Virus record (IMG/VR): IMGVR_UViG_3300025534_000001
Origin: a virus
DNA: 53,466 bases
Direction: 5' to 3' (one strand)
This document shows positions 31,078 to 41,090 of the stretch, piece by piece. The notes under the pieces are model-generated. The model was not told the origin of the DNA. It saw nothing but the letters and a program-made list of their open reading frames with translations, and ran no database searches. The position numbers were made by a program, and so were the translations under genes. Within the stretch, counting starts at the first letter, position 1. The number at the start of each line of letters is the position of its first letter.

Positions 31078-33682
31078 GAGCCATCTGACCTCCTGCCTGT
31101 TGAATTTTACGAGCCATGATCCGGAGAAGAGCTTCAGCATCGGCCTCCAGATTGCTCGTACCCTGATAATTCAAGTGGAAGTGGTATTCCGTCTTACCTC
31201 CGCTACCAGCACCTGCGGAAGAATTGCCTCCTCTGTTGCGCGCACGGTTTTCCTCGGGCGTCAGAATAGCCTCGCCACGGTGCAGGCGTGCTGCGTAGCC
31301 ATCATACGGAACGAAATCCAAGCCGCCGGCGTGCGAGCGCCAGCTAGCGTAACCTGAGCCTGGCGGATTGTACGGAGGAGAAGCTGTTACAGTAGTTTGC
31401 GTTGTCTTAGTGTCCGTTTCTTCCGCGGACACTTCGACTTGAGCTTTCTTCTTCTTGCCGAAAATTCCCGTTACGGAATCCCAGATTTTCTTTGCTGTAT
31501 TTTTCAGTTTGTCCCAAACAGACAGGAAACCTTCGACAATGTTGTCGATGAAGTTCTTGCCGATCCGGATGGCTCCTTGTACGAATTCATCAATGAGCTC
31601 CCACACTGCGTTAAAGGTTTCCACGACCGTGTTCTTGAAGGACTCCCAAGCACCGGCAAAGTCTCCGGTGATCAGTTTCAGGAACGTCTCAAAGATACCC
31701 GAGATAAAGTTCCAGATGGTCTTGATTACGTTCCAGACTGTGTTCATCGCCCAGGAGACGATATCCAGAACGAACGTAAACGCAGTTTTGATGGTATTCC
31801 AGATGAAAGTCGCAGCGAATTCGACAATCGGGATGATGATGCTCATAGCAAACGCAATGATCTTCGCAATGTAAGGAAATACCCTTTGGATGAACTGGAA
31901 GATCTTCTGCGCCGCGTCCACAATCGCCATAAACGCCGGAATCAAGTAATTCTGGATTATCGGCCAGATGAAGTTGACAGCTTCTTTGATGACGGTAACT
32001 GCGGTGTTGAATACCCACTTAAAGACCGGAACAATGTACGGAAGCAAAGTCTGCACAACGGATACGATCGTCGAGATAATTGTCCTGATCAGATTAAACA
32101 CAGGAGGAAGGACAGTCATAACGACCGTTTTGACTTTGCCAAAGATGTCCATGAAAATCGGAGCCACTTCTGGAATCTTGCTGATGATGAATCCAACGAG
32201 TTGCTGAACGACATCCCAGGCGGTTTTCAGCACAGGTTTGATTCCTGCGACTGTGTCGCGGATTCCGTCAACAATGGGTGTCAGGAATGCTTTACCTTCA
32301 GTATTCATCCAACCTCTGACACGGTCAATAACATTGCGGACATTGTTGACAATAGGATCCAACAAGGCTTTGCCATCAGTGGACATCCATTCCTTGATCC
32401 GGTTAAAAGTGTTTGTGATGAATTGTACGCCCTTATCAATGTACGGCTTAACCCATTCAATAAAGGCTTTGACATGGTCACGCATGCCGAACCAGTTTTG
32501 TTGCCAAGCTGTGGCTAACAACGCAATTGCAACCACAACCCAAGCCAAAGGATTGGTCAGCAACATCAATCCAGCAGAGATAGTGCTGAACACTTTGTTG
32601 ACCACAAACAGTCCGCCAATTGCCAGAACCAAGTTTTTAATGAATGGCAACAAAGGTTTGATCTGGTTGTAGAACTGTTTGACCTTGGCAATCCACTTAG
32701 GTGCATTCTTGATAATATAGTCACCGAAAGCAATTACCTTTTCAGCCAGTTTGGTCATCAAGTCAGCGCCTTTGCCAACCCAATCCTCAAAGGTCTTGCT
32801 GTTGACGAAGTCGGCGATCACTTGGAGTTGCGGTTTCAGCTTTTCCATGGCGCCAATACCCATATCCGTAAAAGACGAACTGATCGAGCCTGTGATCGTG
32901 GAAATGACGCCTGCGGCTGATTTGCCGAGCTTTGCTGCGCCGCCTTCGAATGTTTTGGCGATGTCAGTGGTCATGAGCTTCATTGCGCCCTTCTCCACAT
33001 CGCCGCCGCCGAGTTGCTTCAGGGTTTCCTGAGATATCTTGAAGCCGAACTCCTTCATCCGTTCGGTTTCGCCGACTTTCAAGTCTGCCAATGCTTCCAT
33101 GGCGTCCATGATGGACTTACCGGGGTTCAAGGCAGCCATGTCTTCAGCGATGGTCAGCAATTGCTTCGCCAAATCTACATCGCCCGTAGAGATGTTAATT
33201 GCACGACGACCGGCCGCGATGACCTCGTCAGTTTCGAACGGCGTAATGTTAGCGTTCTTCCGCAGATAATCAATGAAATCCTGGGCGAGCTGTGATACTT
33301 GTTCTTTCGCGTTGTTCAGCCCCAAGAAGTGTTCGATTGCAATCTGCTCTTGTTCAAGCTTCATTGCTCCGCCCAAGGATTGCTTCAAAAAGCCAGCGGC
33401 AGCGGAAACTCCTCCAACTGCCGCTGCAAGGGCTGTAAGGCGGGATATCAAGTTGTTAACTGGGCTGGTACTCATAGACTGCCGAACGGAGCTGCCGAGA
33501 TTGTGGAAGGCGTTGGACAAGCGGCTGATTCGAGAGGACTGATTTGCCATTTGCTCTACAGCATTTTTGGCCTTGTCAGTATTCTGCTTGAACTTTTGCA
33601 CTTGCCCAATTGCCTTCTGCATCTTGGCGCTCATTTTATTTCTGAAGTTCAGCACAGCAGTCAAGTTGTAGTCTGTAGCCAC
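31070..33682 (-). CDS. Tail tape measure protein
   Basis: 870 aa, alpha-helical, with a hydrophobic central region. Sits after the chaperone pair. GTG start. Confidence 0.85.
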   Translation of the reverse strand: MATDYNLTAVLNFRNKMSAKMQKAIGQVQKFKQNTDKAKNAVEQMANQSSRISRLSNAFHNLGSSVRQSMSTSPVNNLISRLTALAAAVGGVSAAAGFLKQSLGGAMKLEQEQIAIEHFLGLNNAKEQVSQLAQDFIDYLRKNANITPFETDEVIAAGRRAINISTGDVDLAKQLLTIAEDMAALNPGKSIMDAMEALADLKVGETERMKEFGFKISQETLKQLGGGDVEKGAMKLMTTDIAKTFEGGAAKLGKSAAGVISTITGSISSSFTDMGIGAMEKLKPQLQVIADFVNSKTFEDWVGKGADLMTKLAEKVIAFGDYIIKNAPKWIAKVKQFYNQIKPLLPFIKNLVLAIGGLFVVNKVFSTISAGLMLLTNPLAWVVVAIALLATAWQQNWFGMRDHVKAFIEWVKPYIDKGVQFITNTFNRIKEWMSTDGKALLDPIVNNVRNVIDRVRGWMNTEGKAFLTPIVDGIRDTVAGIKPVLKTAWDVVQQLVGFIISKIPEVAPIFMDIFGKVKTVVMTVLPPVFNLIRTIISTIVSVVQTLLPYIVPVFKWVFNTAVTVIKEAVNFIWPIIQNYLIPAFMAIVDAAQKIFQFIQRVFPYIAKIIAFAMSIIIPIVEFAATFIWNTIKTAFTFVLDIVSWAMNTVWNVIKTIWNFISGIFETFLKLITGDFAGAWESFKNTVVETFNAVWELIDEFVQGAIRIGKNFIDNIVEGFLSVWDKLKNTAKKIWDSVTGIFGKKKKAQVEVSAEETDTKTTQTTVTASPPYNPPGSGYASWRSHAGGLDFVPYDGYAARLHRGEAILTPEENRARNRGGNSSAGAGSGGKTEYHFHLNYQGTSNLEADAEALLRIMARKIQQAGGQMAHG

Positions 33683-33688
33683 AGTTTA

Positions 33689-33877
33689 TCACCGCCCTTT
33701 CCGTGACGTCGGCTTGTCATACATCTTCTTCTCTTCCTCGACGGCGAGTAAGTCCGAAGCGTACATAAAAAGCTTGACCTTGCGAGGCTTTTTATAAACC
33801 TCGTCGGGCGGTATTCCGTGGCGCTGGTATGCTAGATGAACCAGGAACGGCTCACCGCCCGACTTGATCAGTTTTTT
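33689..33877 (-). CDS. -1 frameshift extension of the tail assembly chaperone
   Basis: Slippery A_AAA_AAC (33871-33877) lies immediately before the XkdN stop. The -1 frame stays open for 62 codons (LIKSGGEPFLVHLAYQRHGIPPDEVYKKPRK...) and ends 7 nt before the TMP start. Confidence 0.6.
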   Translation of the reverse strand, partial: KKLIKSGGEPFLVHLAYQRHGIPPDEVYKKPRKVKLFMYASDLLAVEEEKKMYDKPTSRKGR

Positions 33878-34263
33878 ATGTCTTCGAGGACTTCTTCGTC
33901 GTCCTCATCGAAGCCGGACAGCGACAGGATTTCCATCGAGAGCTTCGCCAGCTCGCCGGCCAGCAGCACCTTCTTCACAGCATCCGCAGGCGTAGCTGCC
34001 TGGAATTTCTCGAGGATTTCCGGCGAGTTCCACTTCGGTTCGACGCAGGATTCTACGATGATCAGAGAGCTGAATTTCTGCTCGTCGACGACTTTTCGGC
34101 GCTTGTTGCCTTTGCCTTCATAGAACGTGCATTGTTCTTGCATACGATCGATGACATCGCCGGCAAGTGCGCGGATGGTAAAATCGACGCCGAAGCGCTT
34201 CATGTAAACTTTCTTCTCGACCACCGTATCTGCGTTCAGAATGGCTTTCAACACATCGGACAT
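33868..34263 (-). CDS. Tail assembly chaperone (XkdN-like)
   Basis: Position between the tube and TMP genes. Acidic C-terminus. Confidence 0.7.
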   Translation of the reverse strand: MSDVLKAILNADTVVEKKVYMKRFGVDFTIRALAGDVIDRMQEQCTFYEGKGNKRRKVVDEQKFSSLIIVESCVEPKWNSPEILEKFQAATPADAVKKVLLAGELAKLSMEILSLSGFDEDDEEVLEDIKN

Positions 34264-34297
34264 TTTGATCTCCCCTTTGGAATTATTGATCCGACGA

Positions 34298-34735
34298 TTA
34301 GTTCGCCGGACCGAACGTATCGAGCAGGTCGAATTCAGAGAATGTGAACGGGATTTCTTCTTCCACCAGCGAGCCGACTTCGTAGTTCACCAGCGGGATG
34401 TTATCGAACTGGACGTTCTTCAGGCGAACGCGGTATGCGCCCCAAGCCTCAGGATCGTCCAGCTTCACGATCAGCTCCGTAACATACGGAACGCCGCGGT
34501 TGTTTGCGACTTGGCCGATCATTTGCACCCAGCGCGAAGTAACCTTGTAGCCGTTGATCGTGCCCGTTCCCGTGAGCGAAGTGGTCTTGTGACCAACCCA
34601 GCGCGTACCAGAGCGGTTGACTTCTTCTTTGCTGATTTCAACGGTGGCCTCAACGGAGATGACATTGGTTTGCCATTGGCCGTCATGCCACAGCTCCCCG
34701 TAGGAACCGTTGATGATTCTGCGTGCGTCCAACAT
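34298..34735 (-). CDS. Tail tube protein (XkdM-like)
   Basis: INGSYGELW.DG......V...A.V....EEV pattern and synteny. Confidence 0.8.
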   Translation of the reverse strand: MLDARRIINGSYGELWHDGQWQTNVISVEATVEISKEEVNRSGTRWVGHKTTSLTGTGTINGYKVTSRWVQMIGQVANNRGVPYVTELIVKLDDPEAWGAYRVRLKNVQFDNIPLVNYEVGSLVEEEIPFTFSEFDLLDTFGPAN

Positions 34736-34750
34736 TGAATGTCACCTCCA

Positions 34751-35803
34751 TTAAGCGTGTTCGATCGTGAGGTAGATCTCTTCCATGCTGTCGACTTCGA
34801 CAACGCTGATGTAGAGATATACCTTGTCGCCGACCGAAGGGAAGTTCGGATCGAGATCGACCCTGATGGCATTCGTGATGACGTTCGATGCGGCCAGCGT
34901 TTCGAGATACGCTTTGATTGCCGCGATGAGTGCCTTCTGACCGTCCTCATTGTTGTCCACTTTGCCAATGTAGTTGTTGGCGATGGAAGTGTTGAGGTCG
35001 GTCGCAATAGCTTGCCGCGCCCGGATTTTCCGAATCTTCGACAAGTCCGTACAGATGCCGCGTTCGACTTTGACTTGCGTGCCGTCATTCACCAGCACCA
35101 GAGAGCCGGCTTGCAGTGCCGTTTTCACTTCGGCGTTCGTGAGGCGCCGGTTGACGTCGCCAAGAGGCACAGGGGCGTACGTGATCGAACGGTTGATTGC
35201 CGTTCCCGCAATCAGCCCAGCAATATAGGGTGCGAATTGGCCGGACGTGTACGTGTTACCGCTCAGCTCGCCGCCGACAATCAGGTTCACTGCGTATTCA
35301 TCTTTCAGACGGGTGGAACGAGCATTACCGTGGGTGGGGTCCAGATCGTCTTCGCCGGTCGCGTTGCCGAATACGATCATGAAATGCTTGCCTTCATCAC
35401 GGTTCGCTTCCACCCATGCGAGTGCGCTGTCTTGCTCAGTAGGTGCGACAACTTTGTCGTACACGAACACATTGAACGGATAAGCATCGAACGCATCACG
35501 CATGTCCGCGTAGTCCGAAGATTGCGGGTCCTCCGGCAAGGTGTAAACCAAGATTTCCTTGGCGCCACCCATACGAACCAAATTGATCGGGCCGATGTGT
35601 GCATCTCCGAACAAATCTGCGGCTTGCTTCTCCGTCTCGATGCGGTAGACTTTCTTTTCTTCCGCATTGCCGTCATAGGTGTGGAGAGGCATGGCGACCA
35701 CACCACGAGCGCCGCCCGTAATCTGAGCCGTTGCTGCGCTTACGAAGTTGATGTACAACCCCGGGCGCACTTCGTCTTGAGTCGGATCCCAGCTACCGCC
35801 CAT
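34751..35803 (-). CDS. Contractile tail sheath protein (XkdK-like)
   Basis: RPGLYINF N-terminal motif, plus size and synteny. Confidence 0.8.
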   Translation of the reverse strand: MGGSWDPTQDEVRPGLYINFVSAATAQITGGARGVVAMPLHTYDGNAEEKKVYRIETEKQAADLFGDAHIGPINLVRMGGAKEILVYTLPEDPQSSDYADMRDAFDAYPFNVFVYDKVVAPTEQDSALAWVEANRDEGKHFMIVFGNATGEDDLDPTHGNARSTRLKDEYAVNLIVGGELSGNTYTSGQFAPYIAGLIAGTAINRSITYAPVPLGDVNRRLTNAEVKTALQAGSLVLVNDGTQVKVERGICTDLSKIRKIRARQAIATDLNTSIANNYIGKVDNNEDGQKALIAAIKAYLETLAASNVITNAIRVDLDPNFPSVGDKVYLYISVVEVDSMEEIYLTIEHA

Positions 35804-35826
35804 TTAGCAAACCTCCTTTATTTGCT

Positions 35827-36264
35827 CTAATCTTCTCTGATAAATACCTGCAAGATCTTGTCGACGGCAGGTACATCGATCATGTAGTTACTGTCCCACG
35901 TAATATCCAACGCTGCGACTCGATTGTCTACGAGACGGAACGCAACGTCTTCGATACGAATCTTCTCCGTCGATACGCTTCCATCTTCATTGCGCAGCGG
36001 AATAATGTAGCGGTTGCGCTTGATGCTTTCCGCGATCTCTTGCGCCTTGGAATACGCCTGCGCAGAGTCGCTGGCGAAGATGCGCGTCGGTGCGAAGTAG
36101 GTGTTTTGGTATACAGCGGAGGTAATCATTCGTCCGGTGGTTACGGGATCAGGTACGAACAGTGCCTGTTTCGGTACGGGCTCGGGTATGTGATGACGCA
36201 CTAGCTCTACTGGATACTTTTCATAGCAGTACGCAATGATCGATCCAAACTCCTGTGCGAACAT
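35827..36264 (-). CDS. Tail completion / tail terminator protein (XkdJ/YqbJ-like)
   Basis: Synteny only. Confidence 0.5.
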   Translation of the reverse strand: MFAQEFGSIIAYCYEKYPVELVRHHIPEPVPKQALFVPDPVTTGRMITSAVYQNTYFAPTRIFASDSAQAYSKAQEIAESIKRNRYIIPLRNEDGSVSTEKIRIEDVAFRLVDNRVAALDITWDSNYMIDVPAVDKILQVFIRED

Positions 36265-36269
36265 CTACA

Positions 36270-36692
36270 TCACCTCAATCTCTTCATCCACTCGGACATT
36301 TTTCGTTCCAGGGACTTCTCAAAGAGCTTCTTGAAAATGGCGAAGGCTACGTCGAAGTACGGTCTACCTTCGACCCAGGAAGTTTGTGCCACAGTCCAGT
36401 GACCATCGTTAACCCATCGAGCGTATTCCACGTTGGTACCGATTCTCAGTTCGAGCTTCTGGCGGGTGAGCTCCCATACAGAATCTTCGCCGCCCTTATC
36501 GAAGCTGTTCAGCAAACGTCGAGTGTCGACCACGCCCATCTCAACAATCTGGTTCTGGATTTCTTGAAGGAACTCCATACCGAGTGCTTCCAGCCAAACG
36601 ATGATTTCTCGATCAAGTTCTTCGCTGATGGTACGCATGTCGTTCAGGAACTTGTCGAACCCTTTGACATAGAAGCTACCTTTCTTGCTCAT
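36270..36692 (-). CDS. HK97 gp10-family head-tail joining protein
   Basis: GFDKFLNDM......L.......ALG.EF...I......VDTRRL.NSF pattern. Confidence 0.65.
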   Translation of the reverse strand: MSKKGSFYVKGFDKFLNDMRTISEELDREIIVWLEALGMEFLQEIQNQIVEMGVVDTRRLLNSFDKGGEDSVWELTRQKLELRIGTNVEYARWVNDGHWTVAQTSWVEGRPYFDVAFAIFKKLFEKSLERKMSEWMKRLR

Positions 36693-37033
36693 AGGTAGTC
36701 ATCCCTTTCAACCGTGACTTCGATGTGATGGTCGCGGATGTTCACAGGGGTGTACAGCTTGTATTTGATCCCGTTGAACACCATCTTGTCGTTGACTCGA
36801 ACATCTGCTGTCGGCAGAAACTGGACCTGCATAGTCTCGACGAATTTGCTTCCTGGTGTGCCTTGAACCGTCCTCAGCGACCCTTTGTACACATAACAGG
36901 GAACACCAGTCAGATCAGGCTCTTCAGGGTAGTAATACGTCTTTTCCCCGGGAACACCATATCCTCCGCCGCTCGTACTTTCCCGCAGGTGGTATATGTC
37001 GCAGGTATGAACGAGGAGTGCTTCGTACGACAT
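36689..37033 (-). CDS. Head-tail adaptor (XkdH/YqbH-like)
   Basis: Synteny. ATG at 37033 lies 10 nt after GAGGAG. Confidence 0.55.
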   Translation of the reverse strand: MSYEALLVHTCDIYHLRESTSGGGYGVPGEKTYYYPEEPDLTGVPCYVYKGSLRTVQGTPGSKFVETMQVQFLPTADVRVNDKMVFNGIKYKLYTPVNIRDHHIEVTVERDDYL

Positions 37034-37034
37034 G

Positions 37035-37424
37035 TCAAACACTCCTCATCCTGAACAAGATACCTGCTTTACCTTTGCCAGGATTTACATGTTCGCTCAG
37101 CAGGGAGCCGAGCGAAATGCGCTGTACTTCATCAGAGCCTGCGACCGTGTACGAATAGTCGCCAATCGATTCCGATTTGTATCCCTTCAAGCGAGCCGCG
37201 TCCGAGTTGATGAGTGCATAGTACTCCGTCAGCTTGATCGCAGCAAGTTTCACTTTGGCAGGGATCGGATCATACCCCGGATCGGAAAAATTGTGACCGC
37301 AGTAATTGAAGATTTCGTTCTCAGCCTGGAGAATGTCGAACTCCAGCTGTTCATCGGTACGATTTTTGACAACGGCAAACGCGGTATAGTCTCTGACTTC
37401 TTGAGGTGTTACAAGCGCTCCCAT
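37035..37424 (-). CDS. gp6-like head-tail connector (YqbG/DUF3199-like)
   Basis: Synteny plus the TPQEVRDYT......D.QLE..I..AE..I pattern. Confidence 0.6.
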   Translation of the reverse strand: MGALVTPQEVRDYTAFAVVKNRTDEQLEFDILQAENEIFNYCGHNFSDPGYDPIPAKVKLAAIKLTEYYALINSDAARLKGYKSESIGDYSYTVAGSDEVQRISLGSLLSEHVNPGKGKAGILFRMRSV

Positions 37425-37437
37425 ACCAACTCACCCC

Positions 37438-37779
37438 TTACGCCTGCGGGGGAGTGGTTGCTCCTTCGTTGCCTTTGCTTGCCGGCTTTGTGGAAGCAGC
37501 CGGTGCTGCGGGCGCCGCAGGTTTCTTGTCTTCTTCGACTTCGGTCTTCGAAGGCGCCGGCGGTTTTTCTTCCTCTTTCAGCGGTTTCGGAGGTGCCGGC
37601 GGCTCGGCCGTCGTTGCTTCTTTGCCCACGCTCACCTTGAATTGAGGATTGCGCGACAGGTACTTGTACAACGGTTCCGGCACTTCTTTCTTCACACCGT
37701 TTTTGAAGTTGATGCCGTCAACCATGAAGTCGACGCCTTTGACCAGCGTTGCATAGAACTTGGATGCCAACTGCATCAC
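37438..37779 (-). CDS. Hypothetical protein with a Pro/Ala/Lys-rich tail (possible capsid-associated protein)
   Basis: ORF directly after the capsid gene. The C-terminal half is low complexity. Confidence 0.6.
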   Translation of the reverse strand: MMQLASKFYATLVKGVDFMVDGINFKNGVKKEVPEPLYKYLSRNPQFKVSVGKEATTAEPPAPPKPLKEEEKPPAPSKTEVEEDKKPAAPAAPAASTKPASKGNEGATTPPQA

Positions 37780-37843
37780 CCCTTATACCTTTGGATAACT
37801 GCAAAGGGACGTCCGAAGACGTCCTTTGGCAGCTTAGTGTGGA

Positions 37844-38803
37844 TTACTCCTTGGCGTTGATGAACTTGGCTACCGCGTCTTCTTCTTCGAACTTGATGTC
37901 GATCTTCGTCGTCAGGACGATGATGAACACGCGCGAACGAATGTCTTTGTCGACCTCGACGCGGATGTTGCGGCTGATGCCCCAAATGATGTTCTTCGGA
38001 TGCGTCAGCAGGCCGGGCGCAACGACACGTTCGTCGGAGCCGTCCTGAGCTTCGCTGAAATCCACCGTAGCGTTCGGAATCATGGCGCAGCCTTGAACCG
38101 GAATGCCGAAGGCCGTTGCCAGACCGCCCTGAACCGCAGCATCACCGAGGGCCGTTTGCCGGTTGGCGATGGAGTCTTTCCATTCGATGGCTGCGTTGTG
38201 CGATACGAAGTACCGCCATGCGAGCGGGTCGCGAATGTACTTCTGCGGGACCTTCTTGAGCGTCTCTTTGAAGAGTTCCTTCGCGACGTCTGCTCCCTTG
38301 TGGTCGTAGACATGCGAAGTGGCTTGCTTCAGGAGGCCGTCGATCAGCTTCAGGTACGAGTCCGAGCTGTTGGACGTGTCGCCTTGAAGTGCCAGCTCTT
38401 CGAGGTCCAGCGCAGCGCGCTCAGCGATCATTTGCATGATCGTGTTCTGCAGGTTCTGGCCTTCGATGTTGTTCTCCAGCGTGTCGTACGAAATGTTGAC
38501 TTCCGCGATGACTTCCTTCGCGTTCAGTTCGACCTTGTCGGTCGTCGGTACGGCGCGTTGGTTGTCTTGCAGCGCCGTAGCTTCGGTGCCCGGACGCAGA
38601 ATACGCTGGCCAAAGCCGATCTTTTCGACCTTCATAGCGTCGGACGTCATTTGCACTGTCCGCGCCTGCCGGAGAACAGTCGGTTGGTCGAGGACCATAC
38701 GCAGGAACGTGTTGAACTGCATCGGGTTCATCAGGCCGCCGCTTGCCAGATCGGACAGCGTCATGGCGGCTTTCTCGATGATTTGCTTGTTGCTCATCGA
38801 CAT
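37844..38803 (-). CDS. Major capsid protein
   Basis: 319 aa, located after the protease/scaffold gene, with a strong RBS. Resembles XkdG/P2 GpN-like capsids. Confidence 0.8.
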   Translation of the reverse strand: MSMSNKQIIEKAAMTLSDLASGGLMNPMQFNTFLRMVLDQPTVLRQARTVQMTSDAMKVEKIGFGQRILRPGTEATALQDNQRAVPTTDKVELNAKEVIAEVNISYDTLENNIEGQNLQNTIMQMIAERAALDLEELALQGDTSNSSDSYLKLIDGLLKQATSHVYDHKGADVAKELFKETLKKVPQKYIRDPLAWRYFVSHNAAIEWKDSIANRQTALGDAAVQGGLATAFGIPVQGCAMIPNATVDFSEAQDGSDERVVAPGLLTHPKNIIWGISRNIRVEVDKDIRSRVFIIVLTTKIDIKFEEEDAVAKFINAKE

Positions 38804-38839
38804 TGGTTGTTTCCCTCCTTGTTATGACCGGCCCACTGA

Positions 38840-40003
38840 TTACAGAAGGCCCTGCCAGATGTTTTCGTTCTTCTGCAGGTTCGGATCGTCCTGCGTGGTG
38901 TTCGTGCCGTCAGCGGACTTGGAGATGCCGCGGGCTTGCTCCACGACAGCCAGGCGCTGTTCGATCGGAGACAGTGCCGATTTGAGCACTTCCGCGACAG
39001 CTTCCTTCGTGAGCGGCTCCGGTTCAGCAGCCGGCTCTTGCGGTTCGGCGGCCTTCTCGAGCTTCTCGAGGCGTTCGTTGATCGGGTTGAGCGCTTCCTT
39101 CAGGATCTCTTGCAGTTCTTCCTTCTTCACTTCGATTTCACCTTCCTCTTCTTCTTCGTTGACTTCGTCCAGCACACGCTTCAAGGCGTCGTGCGCCGTC
39201 TGGATTTCCTTCAAGCGAGCGGCCGAGATTTTCTTGCCGGCTTTCGTCACCGTGAACGCCTTCAGTACATCATCGGAATTGGCGATCTCGTTCAGCAGGT
39301 CCGCGAAATCTGCGGCGGCTTCCTTGATACGCGTGATATCCGGCTCCTGGCTCCAGATCTCCGAATAGAACACGTCTTCAAAGATGTACAGCGCGTCCCA
39401 GTATTCGCGAACTTTCTTCCCGCCGTAGAAGCGGTCTTTGACTTCGCCTTTGATCAAGCCGGTGAGCGCCTTGACGAGCTTCGACAGCAGCTTGTTGTCT
39501 TCCTCTTCGGCTTTGGTTACTTCTTCGGCTTCAGCGGTGCCAGCCATCGAATATCCCGTGATTTCGCCTTTTTGGATCTTCTCCCAGATCTCGTCGCTGG
39601 CTTTGGTGACCAACACCCACGAGCCTTTCGTGATGGTGTGTTCGCCGACCGTGAAATCAGCCGGAGCAACATACGATTCTACCACTTCGCCGACTCCAGG
39701 ATTGAAGTCGTGCTGAGTGTCAATCACTTCGCCTTGGGCTTTGGCGAGATTCTGCATGAAGCCGTGAGCGGCTTTCTCGATCTCTTTGGCGGTCATGAAG
39801 TCGCCGTGAGCATCGATTACGTCAGGCTCATACACCACGCCGTACACCAGTTTCTCAGCATCGTCAGCTTTCGTGATGAGTTTGACGGTCTTCTCGAAAA
39901 CGGGCTTCCCTGCGGATTTGGTGAGAAAGAATTGCCGTTGATTCGCCGCCTTGTCCACGTAGCTGATCAGCGTAATGTTAGCGTTTTTCAACGCGCGAGG
40001 CAT
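38840..40003 (-). CDS. XkdF-like prohead protease domain fused to a coiled-coil scaffold
   Basis: ISYVDKAANQR.F, VYEPDVIDAHGDFMTAKEIEKAAH, VESYVAP and GYSMAG. The C-terminus is an acidic coiled coil. Confidence 0.75.
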   Translation of the reverse strand: MPRALKNANITLISYVDKAANQRQFFLTKSAGKPVFEKTVKLITKADDAEKLVYGVVYEPDVIDAHGDFMTAKEIEKAAHGFMQNLAKAQGEVIDTQHDFNPGVGEVVESYVAPADFTVGEHTITKGSWVLVTKASDEIWEKIQKGEITGYSMAGTAEAEEVTKAEEEDNKLLSKLVKALTGLIKGEVKDRFYGGKKVREYWDALYIFEDVFYSEIWSQEPDITRIKEAAADFADLLNEIANSDDVLKAFTVTKAGKKISAARLKEIQTAHDALKRVLDEVNEEEEEGEIEVKKEELQEILKEALNPINERLEKLEKAAEPQEPAAEPEPLTKEAVAEVLKSALSPIEQRLAVVEQARGISKSADGTNTTQDDPNLQKNENIWQGLL

Positions 40004-40081
40004 CTTTTCCCACCTCCTTTCAAGGCAGTGTTTAAGGGATTCCCGGAGTTATTGTGTAATGCAGAAATATCCTATACTCCT

Positions 40082-40110
40082 ATTATAAAGCAAGTTCACT
40101 CACTTGTCAC
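40082..40110 (-). promoter_or_regulatory. Promoter (GTGACA-17-TATAAT) ahead of the protease/capsid/tail genes
   Basis: Minus strand reads gtgacaagtgagtgaacttgcttTATAAT. Confidence 0.5.
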
Positions 40111-40132
40111 CAGGTAATTTGAACAAAATAAA

Positions 40133-40152
40133 AGACCCTCATCAGAGGGTCT
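40133..40152 (-). terminator. Intrinsic terminator ending the accessory island
   Basis: Stem agaccctc/gagggtct followed by tttattttgtt on the minus strand. Confidence 0.8.
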
Positions 40153-40157
40153 GGGGA

Positions 40158-40502
40158 TCAAATTTCCTTGATCATGGTGTATAGATATTCTAGCTCTTTG
40201 CTGTTCAAGGAACTGAAATGTTCGCCGCCACGGAAGGCTACAAACGCTGCAGGACCATAGATCTGAGTAAAGCCTATTTTGAAGTTGGGCTGCAAGCCAG
40301 CTGCTCTGCCATTCTCGTGACATATGCAAAGGATTTGACCGAAGATGGCTACTGTGTGAACGGGGCCGCGCGAAATACCTTGAAAGAACTTGAGCTCTTG
40401 CTCCAGCGTTCGAGGGGTAATGAAAAGCTCAATCGGATTTGCTTTGGGAAACTTGATCAAGATGTGTTTCGGAGGAGTGAATACCGTTGCATAGTAGTTC
40501 AT
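40158..40502 (-). CDS. DUF3846-like protein, paralogue of 53047..53400
   Basis: HENGRAAGLQPN...IYGPAAFVAF.GGE..SL aligns with NEEGKLQGLEPN...ICGTIFVCA..EGESIGL in the other copy. Confidence 0.55.
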   Translation of the reverse strand: MNYYATVFTPPKHILIKFPKANPIELFITPRTLEQELKFFQGISRGPVHTVAIFGQILCICHENGRAAGLQPNFKIGFTQIYGPAAFVAFRGGEHFSSLNSKELEYLYTMIKEI

Positions 40503-40514
40503 TTAAGTACCTCC

Positions 40515-40736
40515 TTATCGGATGGTGAACGGTATGCACTTGACGTCACTGTACGGCCAGATAGGCTGAAGCGCCGATTCCGAAATGGTAACACGGTTAG
40601 CGGCCTTCTTACTGGCCTCCATATGCTGGCTGATCCATTGTCGTGCTTCTTGTTTGGTGGTGCCAGTGAACCGGATACCGAGGTTGTTCTCAATATACCA
40701 GATCACCTGACGTTGGCGGTTGGTAACGGGTTCCAT
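40515..40736 (-). CDS. Hypothetical 73-aa protein
   Basis: ATG with RBS gaggtgagg. Confidence 0.6.
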   Translation of the reverse strand: MEPVTNRQRQVIWYIENNLGIRFTGTTKQEARQWISQHMEASKKAANRVTISESALQPIWPYSDVKCIPFTIR

Positions 40737-41071
40737 GTCCTCACCTCTTGTAGTGATTGTTCTTCGCGGATGCGTTGTTCGTATTCGCCGGACTTGACGC
40801 GCTCGATAAATTCACGGGCTTTTTGCAGACATTCTTTGTAGCCTTCCAACCAGCATTGAAAACTAAGAACCGGGGTATGCCGCCGTTTGTAGGAATGATA
40901 GTGTTCCATGAAGTAGCGATACTGAATAGGCTCATACCACGAATGCACGAGCAGAGCACCAAGGTGGCATTGCTTGTTTTTGACGAGTGTATATAGCTCC
41001 TCGGTCACTTGTTGAAATTCGTCCACAACCTTCCGGAATTCTGAATACAGCGCGCGTTTGGTCACTCGCAT
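40703..41071 (-). CDS. Hypothetical 122-aa protein
   Basis: ORF in the island. No family recognised. Confidence 0.6.
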   Translation of the reverse strand: MRVTKRALYSEFRKVVDEFQQVTEELYTLVKNKQCHLGALLVHSWYEPIQYRYFMEHYHSYKRRHTPVLSFQCWLEGYKECLQKAREFIERVKSGEYEQRIREEQSLQEVRTWNPLPTANVR

Positions 41072-41090
41072 TGCTCACCCTCCCCTTCTC

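Noticed and set aside
34519-35088. Out-of-frame minus-strand ORFs inside larger genes (34519..35088, 43970..44623, 45994..46473, 35377..35706, 13028..13531)
   Set aside because: They are embedded in the sheath, portal, terminase and primase genes in alternative frames. They have Arg/Ser-rich compositions typical of off-frame translation and no RBS.
38936-40117. Long plus-strand ORFs (for example 38936..40117 at 393 aa, 34739..35830 at 363 aa, 15409..16452 at 347 aa, 31397..32518 at 373 aa, 23628..24488 at 286 aa)
   Set aside because: Each lies entirely antisense to a minus-strand gene with clear family motifs and an RBS. Their translations are low-complexity (R/L/V/D-rich) with no recognisable motifs or Shine-Dalgarno sequences. 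They are shadow ORFs of a moderately GC-rich coding strand.
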